Shown here: one piece after another, positions 11,202 through 23,828 of the stretch
How the letters are laid out: each line of letters starts with the position of its first letter
Position numbering within the stretch: position 1 is the first letter of the stretch
Assembly (NCBI GenBank): GCA_018398765.1
Contig: JAHBMJ010000079.1
Location: forward strand, 62,001-126,000
Length of the DNA: 64,000 nucleotides
Direction: 5' to 3'
Origin: Chromera velia
Lineage: Eukaryota
Notes under the pieces: model-generated
Seen by the model: the letters and a program-made list of their open reading frames with translations, nothing else
Databases searched by the model: none
Told to the model about the DNA's origin: nothing
Made by a program: the position numbers and the translations under genes

Positions 11202-13511
11202 GCAGACAGACAGAGAGAGAAAGACAGAGGGAGAGAGAGTCTCTTTCGTCTGGAAATGAATTATTTTGATTTCTCCACAGGCTTCTCTTCTCTTCTGCAG
11301 AAATGAATGCGTCCGCTCGTTCAGTTGCTGACTCAACTGAGTGAGAGACAAGAGGAAGGAGAAAAAAGGGATGGAGGCATTCATGTATCCCTCCAGGCGC
11401 AAATAGAAGAGAAAAGCAGGTTTGGACAACCATCCTGTCCCTCCCGCTTCTCAACACAGGAAACGCAGAGCAGAACAAAGAGCGCACATATTCGAGCGCC
11501 AGTCGATAACGCAAAGATCGCAAATTAGAAGAACGGATGGAGTCTTGGTAAGCTCTTTGTCTGATTCCCCCAAAATCGCTAGCACACGCGTCGTATACTT
11601 TCCGTTTCTCTTTCTTGCAGGTCCTTTGCACTTACTTACACAGGAAAGTGATTGTGCGTGTATTGTCGTGAAAGCCGTAGCCGTAGTTTAGGACTGCATG
11701 CATGCACAAAAAGGTCCATGCCCCATCTATCTCAAGACAGAATACACACAGACAGACATGCACACACATATATCAATACATTCACACGAATGCATGTGTG
11801 GAAGGAAACGCGATGCGAGAATTAAGTCGATGAAAAGAAAAAAATTAAGGGTGAATAGATGGCCCCACGATGAAGAGGAGAAGTCGGCATCATGGCATCA
11901 AGTCCAGTTGCTGATCAGACAAAGCGACCATTCAACTAAGCCTTCTTCCCTTCCCCAGCCAGTGTTTCTTTCTGCAAACACGACAAGACCAAAGCTTCCC
12001 ACGCTCTTCCTTGAAGCGATGTTCCCCCACTCACTTTGGTGCATCCATGCTGCTTGGAAGCAATGAATTGGCAGTTTCATCTGCAGTGAGGGAAAAAAGA
12101 GAGGAGGGAAGAGACGGGGGGAGATTGAAAAACAGCGGAGAGAAGACACGAGAGAAATGGTGCACAGTCAGCGTCGGCGCAGTTTGATGAGAGGGGAGCG
12201 GGGCGCAGGAGCAGACATCCAAGCCAAATAATCCATCAGATTAAGGGGAAAAAAGAGAGAAGAAGCATAAGAAAAAAGAGGAACTGAAGCCAACATGGAT
12301 CACTAGGTAACTCGACTGGAAGGATCAGTAGGTGATTCGTCTGTCGAGGTGTCACGAGCGGCCTGTCACTCCACATGTAGTCGTGGGAGAAGACTCGACG
12401 GCCCCATGCCGTCACGATTGAATGTAAGAGACGAGAAGGGTGCAGACATGTGAGTGGTCGTTGTTAGAAGAGAAGCATCTATTGACTCTGCTAAACATTC
12501 CCCAAATGTCTGCGTGCAGTGCACCCCGGTCACCTACCGACAGACCCTTTTGTTTTCAGGTGATCCATCTGCCTCCCACTGCTTCTGGACATCCTGAATC
12601 GTGTCTTTGCATCTCTGCAGAAGATTATCAAGAGAGAGCAAGGACAGAAAGAGATCGGGACAAGTCAGGAACGTGTAGAGTAAATCAAAAACATCGCCTT
12701 CAATCCTACTTCCTTTCAAAAGCCGGTGGAAGAGAAGCGTGCCCTTCCCCTTTTCAAAGAAAACACAAAGAGACACAAGACTGACAGGGCTTCACTTCTG
12801 TCCACTAAGCAAAGATTGATTCTGCATGAGGCTTTTTTCCCTTATATTCAAGCGCCCCTCACTGACGCCCACACAAGGCCTTGCAAGCTTCTTCAATCTC
12901 ATGCGTTGGCTCTCCTTCCCTCCCTCATTTCATTCATTCATTTCACGCCCCCCCTTGGCTCTCTCTCCCTCTCTCTAATGTGCTGGCTGCACTAACATTC
13001 CTGCCCGCTTCTTCAAACTCCGTCAGAGTTGCCTGAGTGCCCAGGCCCAGGTCTCTCTTCACGCTGCTGTAGACACCAAAGCCCACAAACCTGCGCACAC
13101 ACACACACCCACACACACAGAGGAGACAGGAAGGACGGAAAGACGATCAAAGAGGGCAGAGACCGTCAGTCAACTCCACGGGCCCCTGCTTATGGGTACC
13201 TCAGGTCGAGTGCGAAACAGTCCGCAGAGAGAACATGAAGAGACGATTGCCTGCGGGCTTCGTCCACACTCCAGCACTGCATGTCGTACACTCAGCCCAG
13301 TCCCAGAAGGCTGCTTTCAGGCTCTCCCAATTTCCCCTCTAACTTCACTGCCTGAACGCTTTTTCCAAAAAGAATGCGCAGCTTGCCATTTGCACACAAC
13401 ACCCTCCTGTTTTTGTTCGTTCGTTCATGCACATAAGTAACTGTCCCTGTCTCTTTCTCTCTTCTTCTCGCTGTCCCACGCGCATATGAATATTCAAGTG
13501 CACGCACCGAT

Positions 13512-13546
<35 letters not shown>

Positions 13547-13561
13547 GACAGACAGACACAG

Positions 13562-13598
<37 letters not shown>

Positions 13599-14563
13599 CC
13601 GACTTGTTGTTCAGAAGACGAGGTGTGTAGATTCCGTTGAACGAACAGGTGTGGTCAAAGCAGGGCGAGTCTTTGTAGAAGAATCTGCAGGCAGGCAGGC
13701 AGGCAGGCAGAAAAGACGTGTGCACGTACGCACAAGACAAAGCGGGTGGCCAAGAAGGGAGACAGAAGGGGGCCCTCGTGCCCAAAATATGTCGTCCAAG
13801 ACTTCTTCTTATCTTCTCATATGATCGGATTGATTGATTGATTGATTGATTGATTGCGCTTCAGGTCTTCAAGCTCCCCTCTGCTTCCCTCTTCCTCAAG
13901 GCTATTGCCCTCACCACCCCCCCGCCCCCCCCGCTGAATCGACTGACGTGTCAAGTCTCTTCGCACAACCGTCGAAGTCGCCAGTGCCCTTAATGAGCAC
14001 AGACATGTCCAGGCCTCCTGAATGCACAGTGTCGGTCAGTCAGAGAAATACTTCAAATTTCCTAAAAATACAACAGGGTGCTAGGTTACCGTGCTCGGGT
14101 GCAGTCATATTCAGACATTCTTCAGGTATGCGGAAAAGACAAAACAGGAGAAAGGCTGGGTGGTGGCGTGGAAAGAAGCGGGTCCACCGCGCATAGGCGA
14201 GTCATGTCAGAGACAGCGAGAGAAGGGGACTGTGGGTGGAACTTCTGCTGATGAGAATCTAGTGGTTACACACAGAGAGGACGAACACCAAAAAGCAAGG
14301 CACAGAAATGGGAACGGAAGCAGCGCGCCGGCTTGACCGCCAACACACAGCCAAAAAGACAAGCAGGTAGAAAAAAGAAAGAAAGAAAGAAAGAAAAAAA
14401 AAAAAAAGAAAGAAAAAAAGAAAGAAACAAACAAACAAAGAAAGAAAGAAAGAAAGGAAGGAAGGAAGGAAGGAAAGGAAGAAAGGAAGGAAGAAAGAAA
14501 GAAAGGAAGGAAGGAAGGAAGGAAGGAAGGAAAGGATAGAAGGAAAGAAGAAGGAAAGAAGGA

Positions 14564-14595
<32 letters not shown>

Positions 14596-14778
14596 AAAAA
14601 GAAAAGAAAGAAAAAGAAAAGAAAAGAAAGAAAGAAAAGAAAGAAAGAAAGAAAGAAAGAAAAGAAAGAAAAGAAAGAAAGAAAAAAAAAAAGAAAGAAA
14701 GAGGGAAAAGAAAAAAAGAAAGAAAGAAAGAAAGAAGGAAAAAGAAAGAAAGAAAGAAAGAAAGAAAGAAAAGAAAAA

Positions 14779-14810
<32 letters not shown>

Positions 14811-15197
14811 AAAGAAAGAAAGAAAGAAAGAAAGAAAAGAAAAGAAAAGAAAAGAAAGAAAGAAAGAAAAAAAGAAAAGAAAGAAAGAAAGAAAAGAAAG
14901 AAAGAAAGACAGAGAAGAAAGAAAGAAAGAAAGAAAGAAAAGAAAGAAAGAAAAAAAGAAAAGAAAAGAAAAGAAAGAAAAGAAAGAAAAGAAAGAAAAG
15001 AAAGAAAAGAAAGAAAAGAAAGAAAAGAAAGAAAGAAAGAAAGAAAGAAAAGAAAGAAAGAAAGAAAGAAAGAAAGAAGGAAAAAGAAAGAAAGAAAGAA
15101 AGAAAAGAAAAGAAAAAAAGAAAGAAAGAAAGAAAGAAAAGAACGACAAGAAAGAAAGAAAGAAAGAAAGAAAGAAAAGAAAGAAAGAAAGAAAGAA

Positions 15198-15229
<32 letters not shown>

Positions 15230-15335
15230 AAAAAAGAAAGGGAAGAAAGAAAGAAAGAAAAGAAAGAAAGAAAGAAAAGAAAGAAAGAAAGAAAGAAAGA
15301 AAGAAAAGAAAGAAAAGAAAGAAAGAAAGAAAGAA

Positions 15336-15371
<36 letters not shown>

Positions 15372-15432
15372 GAAGAAAGAAAGAAAGAAAGAAAAGAAAG
15401 AAAAGAAAGAAAAGAAAGAAAGAAAGAAAGAA

Positions 15433-15464
<32 letters not shown>

Positions 15465-18400
15465 AGACCAACGCAACAGCCGGACAGAAATGGCGGATGG
15501 AGGGCAGAAGCCTTCAAAAGCTGCCAGACAAAAGTGAGACAACGCCATCATTTCAGACAGGCGACACGGAACAAAAGAAGATCTGGAAAGACAAAAGATA
15601 GCTGACTGACTGACTGACCGACTGTGTGGCTGACTGACTGACCAGGAGAAAATTCAAAGTCCGTCACTGCTCCGAACGGTTCCATTCCGTCGAAGGCTTC
15701 GCTTTTGGCCTGTCTGTGGGCCTTCTCCCCTTTTTTCTCTTCGGCCTGCTCTTCTTCCTCCTCACTGTCCAGCCTCCTTACCGCACTACCCTCCTCACTC
15801 ATCCTCCAGTCTTCCCCTACCGTCCCATGCAGAGGAAATGACGAGAGGGATGAGGTAGAAGTTGAAGAAGAAGAAGAGGGCTGTGCAAGCAACCTAAGAA
15901 CGGTGCGGAGACGGGCTTTGAGAACACCCGGGGTTTGACTTTCATCCTCCTCTCTGATGGCATCAGAGACCCCCCCCTCTGTTTCTTTCTCTTTCAAAGA
16001 TTTCAAGAGGTCATTTGCCATCTGATGCAGTTCCACCGCGTTCAGGTTGGAGAGAGAGGCAGAGAGGGGGTCCACCTCTGCCAAGGAAATGGCAGCAGCT
16101 GAGGAGACAGTAGTTGACGGTGCGCCACTGTCCACCTGTCCATCCCCGAGGCTCGTTCTATCATCTGACATGGCGTCAACAGCCTGTTGTTGGGCCTTCT
16201 CATTTTTCGCATTCTCCTTTTCTACCTTCGCCACGGCTTTCAGAGCATCCTTCCGACTTTTCGCCTGTTCAATGATATTTCCCAGGAATCGCTCCGTGAT
16301 GCCAATGTCACCACGATCGGGGTCAAGCAGGCGGTCGAGAGGGTACACAAACTCGTATCCGGAGGGATAGCAGGGATCCTCTAGAGTCACTTTCAACGCT
16401 CGTGTTGCCTCGAGAGCCTTGCGTTGGGACTCTGGCAAGCCCTCCTCTGCTTTCTTCTCCGCTTCCTCTTCTGCCTTTCCTGGCTTTTCCTCTTCACTTC
16501 CTGGGAGAACTTTCTTGATGACAGGGGAGAGATCCTCCGTGGACTCCTCAGACGAGGGGGGGGGGCCTGCAGGCTGTCCCTTTGACACCTTCTCCAACCG
16601 CTTGAGGGACTGGGACGGTACTGCAGGAGGGGGGGGGTAGGTGCCGACATCGGGAGGGAGGGAGCTCGGGTTGATGCCCTGCGCGCGCGCGCACACACAC
16701 ACACACACACAATATACATGGATCGTTGCGTTCTTTCTTTCTTCTTTCCTTCTTTTTTCTTCAAAGACAACAAAGCAAGAAAAGAAAAGCAACTTCACAC
16801 AGACAAGGCAGACAGACAGACAGACAAACAGAAAGACCGACTCTATGGTTTCTTTTCTTTTTCTTTCTTTTCGCAAATTTACGATCTCCACTACTTTTCT
16901 TCTTGTGCGCAACCCCACCCCTTCCAGCCCATACCCTTGATGCCTCCCCGAACAGACAGACTTTTTTGTGTTTTTCAGTTGTTTTCACATACAAACAATA
17001 GAGGGAATGGTGAAGCAAAGACGCCATACCAGGAAGAATTTGTCTGCAGACAGGAGAGACTGAAGGAATGCCCCTCTCTCTCTCCCTCTGTGTGTGTGAG
17101 CGTGAGGGTGCGTGTGTGTGTGTGCATGCTGGGCCCACGCACACATGCATGCATCTGAGTAGTTTGAGTCTCAGCTTCTGCCTTCGATTTGGTGGTTGCC
17201 TGTCTGAAGAAGACCAGACTGCATGACGGACTGACTTCTTTTGCCATCGCTGCCACGACTGCTTCCTTCGCCTCTCGGTCGACAGATCTCTGCAGCAAGA
17301 AAGAAAGAAAGGAAAAGCAAGAAGCAGATCACTCGATGATGAAACGACAAGATTCGATCAATGGAGCGACACCTACACGGCGGGTTGTTTCAGAAAACTT
17401 CCCCCTAGCTTTTTGTGTTGAGTGATTAGTGCAGCCATGCCCCAGAGGCAGGCAGGAAAAAAAGATGCGTGCGAGCGGGAAAAGTTGAGAGGGAGGCACA
17501 GGACAGGAGAGGGCCACGAGACAGATAGGCAGGCAGGCAGGTTGGCAAAAAACTGAGGTAGAGGTAGATACACGCGTGTGAGCAGCGAATGGAATAAGTA
17601 ATGAGCAAACCAATGAAAGAAGGAAAGACAGCAACTACTTTCCAGAATGCTCCGCAACGAAAACAAAAATGCACCGATTTTCCGGGACGCTCAGCAACGG
17701 AAGAAAAACAAAGCAAAGAGGAATCAACTACTCAGACAAATAGATGAAAAGGCGGATAGGCAGATAGACAGAACAGAGGCAGGCAGATATTCAAACGTAG
17801 ACAGACAGACTATGCAATTTCTGGCATAGAGAACGACACGCCCTTTGCCTCTCTCTTTGTCCAAACCGGACAGGCAGAAAACAAAGAACAAGCAAAGCGG
17901 ACGACAGACAAGACCGACAGAAAGAAAGATAGGCAGACAGACAGACAAAAGAATTGAAGAAACAGACAGACAGACCATCAGGCCATCTCCCCATCCGTAT
18001 CCGAGGAAAGAGTGTGTGTACAACCTGATGAAATGATCTCCCAAATGAATGGGAAACAAATTCTGCACAGACAGAAAGACATCAGTGAAGTCAGTTTCGG
18101 CTTTCAGAGATGCAAACGAGAAAGGAGACTGGCTGGCTAGAGGCATTGACAAGCAGCCCAATTCTTCGGTAAAATCTGACGTCGCTTCTGTGATTTTCTA
18201 TATTGCGAGGGCTTTGAAAACCTGGAAAATCGGCTGATCGCTCGCAGGGGGATGGCTGCTATGACTTCCGCATTCTTCGCTTGAAGCAGCAAAAGACAAC
18301 AACACCATGCCCCCACCCGCTCGATTGCGGTGTCAAATTGAGGAGAGAAGTGGCGGTTCGGTTCTCTTAATTCTTTTGGTGTCATTTCAATTCGAATAAG

Positions 18401-20790
18401 TGCTCGAAGTGCCAATCTCGTGAAAAAACACCAAAGTGATTCCTTCGTTTTTGCTCCCTCGACCGACCTCAAGGATGGACGTGTGCTGCGGCTGGAAGGT
18501 GATCTGTGTGGAGGCACCCCCCATGTCCATTGCGCCATAAGAACCCAGTGGTCCGTCAAAGAGCGTTCCTCTGCATTTGCACGGCCGGAGATAGGAGGCA
18601 GGGAGGGAGAGAGGGAGGAATGGACTAAGCATTTATGCGCACACGCGTCCGAAGGCGCCTGTGCCCCCTGTCCCTCCCAGCTGCTGCAGCTTTCTTCTAG
18701 CCAAGGCCGGCAAAAACAACTCCATCTTGATACGACAGTCGAGACCTCTCTCTCACACACACACGCAGAGGGGGGTGGGCTGGGGGAGGGAGGAAGAAAA
18801 GGAGGGCAGGGGCGGAGACAGAAACTGATGGGAAGAATAAACGAACCAGAGACACGGAGATAGAAAAATAGATAGACAGATGGATGGATAGAGGCAGATA
18901 GAGACAGAGAAACAGAGACAGAAAGAGAGAGCAGCCGCAGACACAGATCCACAAGCTGCAACACGACTTATTGTCTGTCTTCCTTTCTGTCTCTCTCACT
19001 CTTTCTCTCTCTCTCTCTCTTTCTGTCTCTCTCTCTCTCTCTCTCTGAGTTTTCGGTTCAATCAAAAACACACAACACAGGCAGAGAGCGAAAGTCGAGG
19101 AGATGTTTTTTTTTGTCACCGAGCGACCAATCAATCGACCTACTTACTTGGCATAGTTCACGGAAAGCCAGCCATACGCACCCTCTTCCTCTCCTGCATT
19201 GCAGCTCGTTGGGAGCGGACAGAACAGCCAGAAAGAAGGGGTTGGCCCTGATTTGATCAATTTTCTTCTCTGTTCTTGGTGACACGCAGAGAGAGCATTC
19301 TTCCCCTCGTTGCATGAGGGGGAGTCACTTATTTGTCAGGAGGAATGTTAAACCGCCTCTCCCACAGACACAATGACTTCATCACAGAAGGCCAGGAACG
19401 CAGGAAGGGAAGGGAAAGAAGGCCAGGAACGGAAGACACGCTCAACGGGTGGGTAAACTAGTCAATCTGACTGGCAGGAGGGAAGACAGCCAGAGTGGCA
19501 GGTAAAACTTCATTCCTCGGGGGGGCGTTCGACCGACAAATCAAATCACGCTCTCCACTCTCTACCCCCCTCCGTTATCTCTCTAAGGGGCCTGTGTGTC
19601 TATCTGTCTGTGTGCCTGTCTTTCTATCTGTGTGCCTATCTGTGTGGGGTTCTTTGTCCAGCCTTTTCTGGTCCGACAGGGAAAGGAACAATTGATTAAA
19701 AACAGCTCCCCCCATTCATTCTCCCCAGTCCTCGCACTCACCCACCTGAAATCACGCGCACCATGTCGTTCGTGTTGTAGAAGGGATTCACCGACTGCAA
19801 GAAAGCCAAGCCAAGCCAAGCAAGTTGTTCGGGTTAGTTCAACCAGAACGAACGCACAAATCCAGACTTCCTCCCTCCACATATTCCAATAAAGCGGTAA
19901 CAACCTTGTGTTGGTAAGTCAGGAGAAGGGACAGTTATGCCTTCCCGATCGATGCCTTCGATCGAGTAAACAGACCGACACGGCGTGTTTAGCAACCAAC
20001 AACTGGAAGATTCGACCAACGAAAGAACCAACCTTGTCCTGGAAGAGCAAACGGATTCCTTCCATCACACCTCCACGCACGTCTCTCTCGAGGTCTCTCA
20101 TGCCTGCACACCCACACGCACGCGCGCACATGCACACACATAGCCACAATTACACCTTACATACGTCTGAGCGCAAATGAGCGGTCTGTTCCCTTCAACG
20201 CCCCCCGCTACTCTCTGGGGCCCTTCAACAAGAACCCTCTGCTTGCACAGTTCTTCTCTCTACTCGTCCTTCCCATGCACTTTACAGACCTCTTATCCAA
20301 GGGGCCTTTTCCTGTGTGGGTTGGTCTCTCTCTCTCGCGCGCGCGTCTCAGCTGGAAGAAACAAACCAACGAAGTGCTAGTCTAACGCTAACTTCCTCCC
20401 TCACTATGCAGCATGTCCGCACCCTCTGTTTCAGGATATGAAAATGTATCCTTCCTTCCTCTGCCTGCCGTTCCGTCCCATTCTTTCCCCTTCCCTTCCC
20501 TTCTCGCTGCTTCCCTTTGTTTCGGTCGCTGCCCTCTCTATTTTCCTTTGAATCTGGCACATTTTCCTTCTTTTCCCTCGAGTCGCTGCAGAATTCACGC
20601 ACTGTCTCTCTTCGCAATGAACCTCGGCGTCTCTTCAGACGGATACACGAAAAGGGAAAAAACGGTTTCTACGCTCCAGAAATTGCCACCGAAAAAAACT
20701 ACACAGACACACCTGCCGTCGCCTTCAACCAGAGCGGGAAGGTAGACCAACGGGACTGCGCCAAAAAGAAGCACACAGACACGTGTTCAT

Positions 20791-20828
<38 letters not shown>

Positions 20829-20841
20829 ACACACACACACA

Positions 20842-20881
<40 letters not shown>

Positions 20882-21885
20882 TACTGTATGTTTGTTCTTT
20901 GAACTAGCCAACCTGCCAGCCATCCAGACAGACAGACAGACAGGCAGGGAAAGGGGTAGTAAGGACAAGAAAGAAAAACAAACGCGCGTCTGTAGGCACC
21001 GTAGTTCTGTTGCATAAACAAAAAAAAGCCGTGCGATGACTAAGAAGGAGGGAATGGAGAGGAAACAGAGCGATGCAGAAAGAACGCTTCGTCCGTGCGT
21101 GCGTGCGTGCGTGCCGCCGTGCCGCCCGTCCCCGGGCTTGAGCTTCTTTCTCTTTACGCAGATCAATGCGGTGACCACTAGCTGTCCTTCTGCGGTGTCC
21201 CAACATTACAATCCTAAGAAACTCGACTGAGCGTTTTCTTCACAGCGCTGAAGAAGCAGATCGCGTGCACAAAATGAACTTGAATTGCTTGCGAGAAAGA
21301 CATGTTAGTTACTTCTTCTTACCTCTTCTTTCTTCAGAACATCCTTCGCGTGGTCGATCAGCGGCTTCAAATTGATTCTGCATCCATATATCGGTCAAAG
21401 CGACCAAAAGGGGAGGGGAGAAACATTCTAAAGATGCTCGGGGTCCCTTTTGCGTTTTTCCTTTCGTGTGCGCCTGCCTGGCAATTTGGGAAGAAGAGGA
21501 GGAGACAGAGACGGCTCGTTGAAAGGAAAGGTCGATCGAGGAACCTCTCAGACTGCATGCACCCAAGAGTTTGCACTCTCTTCCCCACTGATCCTGTGCC
21601 CCCTTACCCGACTTGGTCCGGTGTATTTGCGAAAGAGCTGATGCCAGGCTCCACGGAGAGGGAACCTATGTCCTTCGGGAAAGACAGGGGACCCGTGTAT
21701 GGATGCGAGGGGTCGAACTCTCTGTGTGGCCACTGATAGATGTGGATTCGCGTTCCGCGCGATCCTGCGTCCATCACTAGACCATAGTCATACACAGGAC
21801 GCAAACCGAGGAAGTGCTCCAGCCATGCACCTTCCGACAGGCGTGGAGACGCGAAAAGCACGAACAAGCACACTAACCAGACCAT
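10142..21885 (-). CDS. GDA1/CD39-family nucleoside phosphatase (NTPDase/apyrase), multi-exon
   Basis: Hydrophobic N-terminus MVWLVCLFVLFA. ACR1 DAGSRGTRIHIY (exon 21885-21608). ACR2 KATA|GMR (~20720, ~20100). ACR3 VISG|EEEGAYGWLSVNY (~19750, ~19170). ACR4 MDMGGASTQI (~18510). Then LYTHSFLGYG (~18010), PCYPSGY (exon 16678-15643), GTGDFDGC (~13980), CSFNGIY (~13635), CFQAAW (~12055), YGYGF (~11675) and ACR5 GWTTG (~11105). C-terminal TM at ~10700; last exon 10195-10142 reads YHKLRR...LMG*. Confidence 0.9.
14370..15465 (+). repeat. ~1.1-kb (GAAA/GAAAA/GGAA)n polypurine microsatellite inside an NTPDase intron
   Basis: Almost pure A/G tract within the predicted intron 14018-15642. Confidence 0.95.
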
Positions 21886-22533
21886 TCTCTTCGCGCGGTA
21901 AGTTTTCTTTTCCAGCGAAACCACACAACAAGAAAGACACAAGACTTTGCTCAAAGGAAGCGTGGGGTCCTTCACAGATTCAGACGTGCCAGGAGGGCAA
22001 TAAAAGCTAATGACAAGGGAGCTCCAGCAAAGAGAGTCAGCACTGGATTAGCACGCAGTTTAGTTTCTGGTCAATCAGCCGTCTCCTTTTATTCGTGCGA
22101 ATGACCCGGAAAGCGAAATCAACTTAATTTGTTCATGTTGCATGCATTAAGTGCCCTTTCAGCTCTATTTCCGGGACATGATAATGCATGCGTGCGTCAG
22201 ATTTTTCAAGCGTGCACGTGGCAGTCGGACTTCGATCGGCGCGGCATGCATCTGACGCAAGCAAGCTTGCGAACGGCCCCGGAAAGCAAGAAAAATGACA
22301 ACTGCACGATTGACGCACGCCGGCCAGTCGACCNCCCTCGCGGGAAAAGCCGCGGAACTCTCCCCCCCCCGGGAAAAAAGCCCGGGAGTAAGCGCCCCAT
22401 CTGACGCACGCATAGCGCACATTCAGCCTTTCGGGGCCGGGTTTTTGCCGAAAGACAGCGTGCACGCACGTGGGCTGGGGTATTTCTGTTTTCTAAGTGC
22501 CCCCCGCTTCGCTTTCCGGGGCCATGACTTCCA

Positions 22534-22557
22534 AGCTGAGCTGCCCCCCGAGGCGAT
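22534..22557 (+). promoter_or_regulatory. 24-bp upstream element, copy 1
   Basis: AGCTGAGCTGCCCCCCGAGGCGAT is identical to the reverse complement of 63352-63375. A regulatory role is inferred from position only. Confidence 0.45.
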
Positions 22558-22803
22558 TGCATGATTTGGTGCATGCATGCATATGCATGCATGCATGCAG
22601 ATCCCGGCCTTCGAATCGCGAGCAGTGCGCATGTATGCATATGCATGCATGGGAAGCATCAATTGAGCTATATATAGTCGATACTGACTCATATATATAC
22701 CGGTTCTCATATATGTAAAGTATGCCGAAAACTCGGGCCTACCTAAAGTGCGGATCCTCCATTCTCTGACTCGACAACAGCAGAAGCCTCAGCTTGGGAC
22801 ACG

Positions 22804-23744
22804 ATGACCCGACTCGTCTGCGTTTCGCTGGCCCTCCTCGCTGCACCGGCTCTGGGTGCAGCGGACATGTTTAAGAACCTAGACGGACTCTTGAAAAACG
22901 GGGATCTGTTCAAGCTGCCCGACTACAGCACCTTGAAGTCGAAGACGCAGAAGAACAAGGACCTTCCCACCTGCGAGACTGCCAACATTGATTGCACAGG
23001 CCTCGGGGCTCGAATGAACTGGCTGGCTTGCATTCCGGAGGGATACAAGGTGACCCCTGGAGGAAGAGATGGCGGGCCTGGAGGCGTGCACGCAGACTTT
23101 CTGCTGCGGTGCGGCTACCTGCGCCTCTTCGATTCCTGATGGCGGCTACGACTGCTCCTCCGAAGGTAAGCCAGTCACTCACTCATTCGAGGACTGCATG
23201 CAAGCTGCATGTTGTGGATGAAAACCTGCATGTCCTTTCCCTTGGTCGGGCTCAAGCATGCTCTGGAAAGCAGACGGCCAGAAACGTCGCCTCGTGCATA
23301 TATACTCTGCACGCCTTGTACATGTGCGCGCTGTCTGACCATGCATGCAACTTACTCGGTCAGAACAAGTATACGTGACTTAGAGCATTGTGCAGGCGTT
23401 TGTTTTGACTGCGTGAAGAGAAAGACCGCGATACAGCCTGATGGAATGATGTATCTTTGACAATGCTGCATGTGTATACATGTGTGCATTCAGGCCTGAA
23501 CGACTACGACCCGTCCATTAAGGCTGACAACCTTTGCCCAGAAGGCATCGAGGAGGGGTGCACTGGCGACTTGACGGGTGAGTGTGTGCGTTGAATACGC
23601 AAGACGTTCACATGCATGCAAACTTATAACAAAGTCTTATTGAAAATCAGAGGAGCAACCAAGAAGTGGAGGAAAGGCGCGCACATAAGGAGAGAACTGC
23701 AGTGTGGTGTAATGAAAGTGGCCAAGCATGCGCGTGCTGTAAGG

Positions 23745-23828
<84 letters not shown>

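Noticed and set aside
14207..15551. Three 400-aa F/L/S ORFs
   Set aside because: Produced by the (TTTC)n microsatellite.
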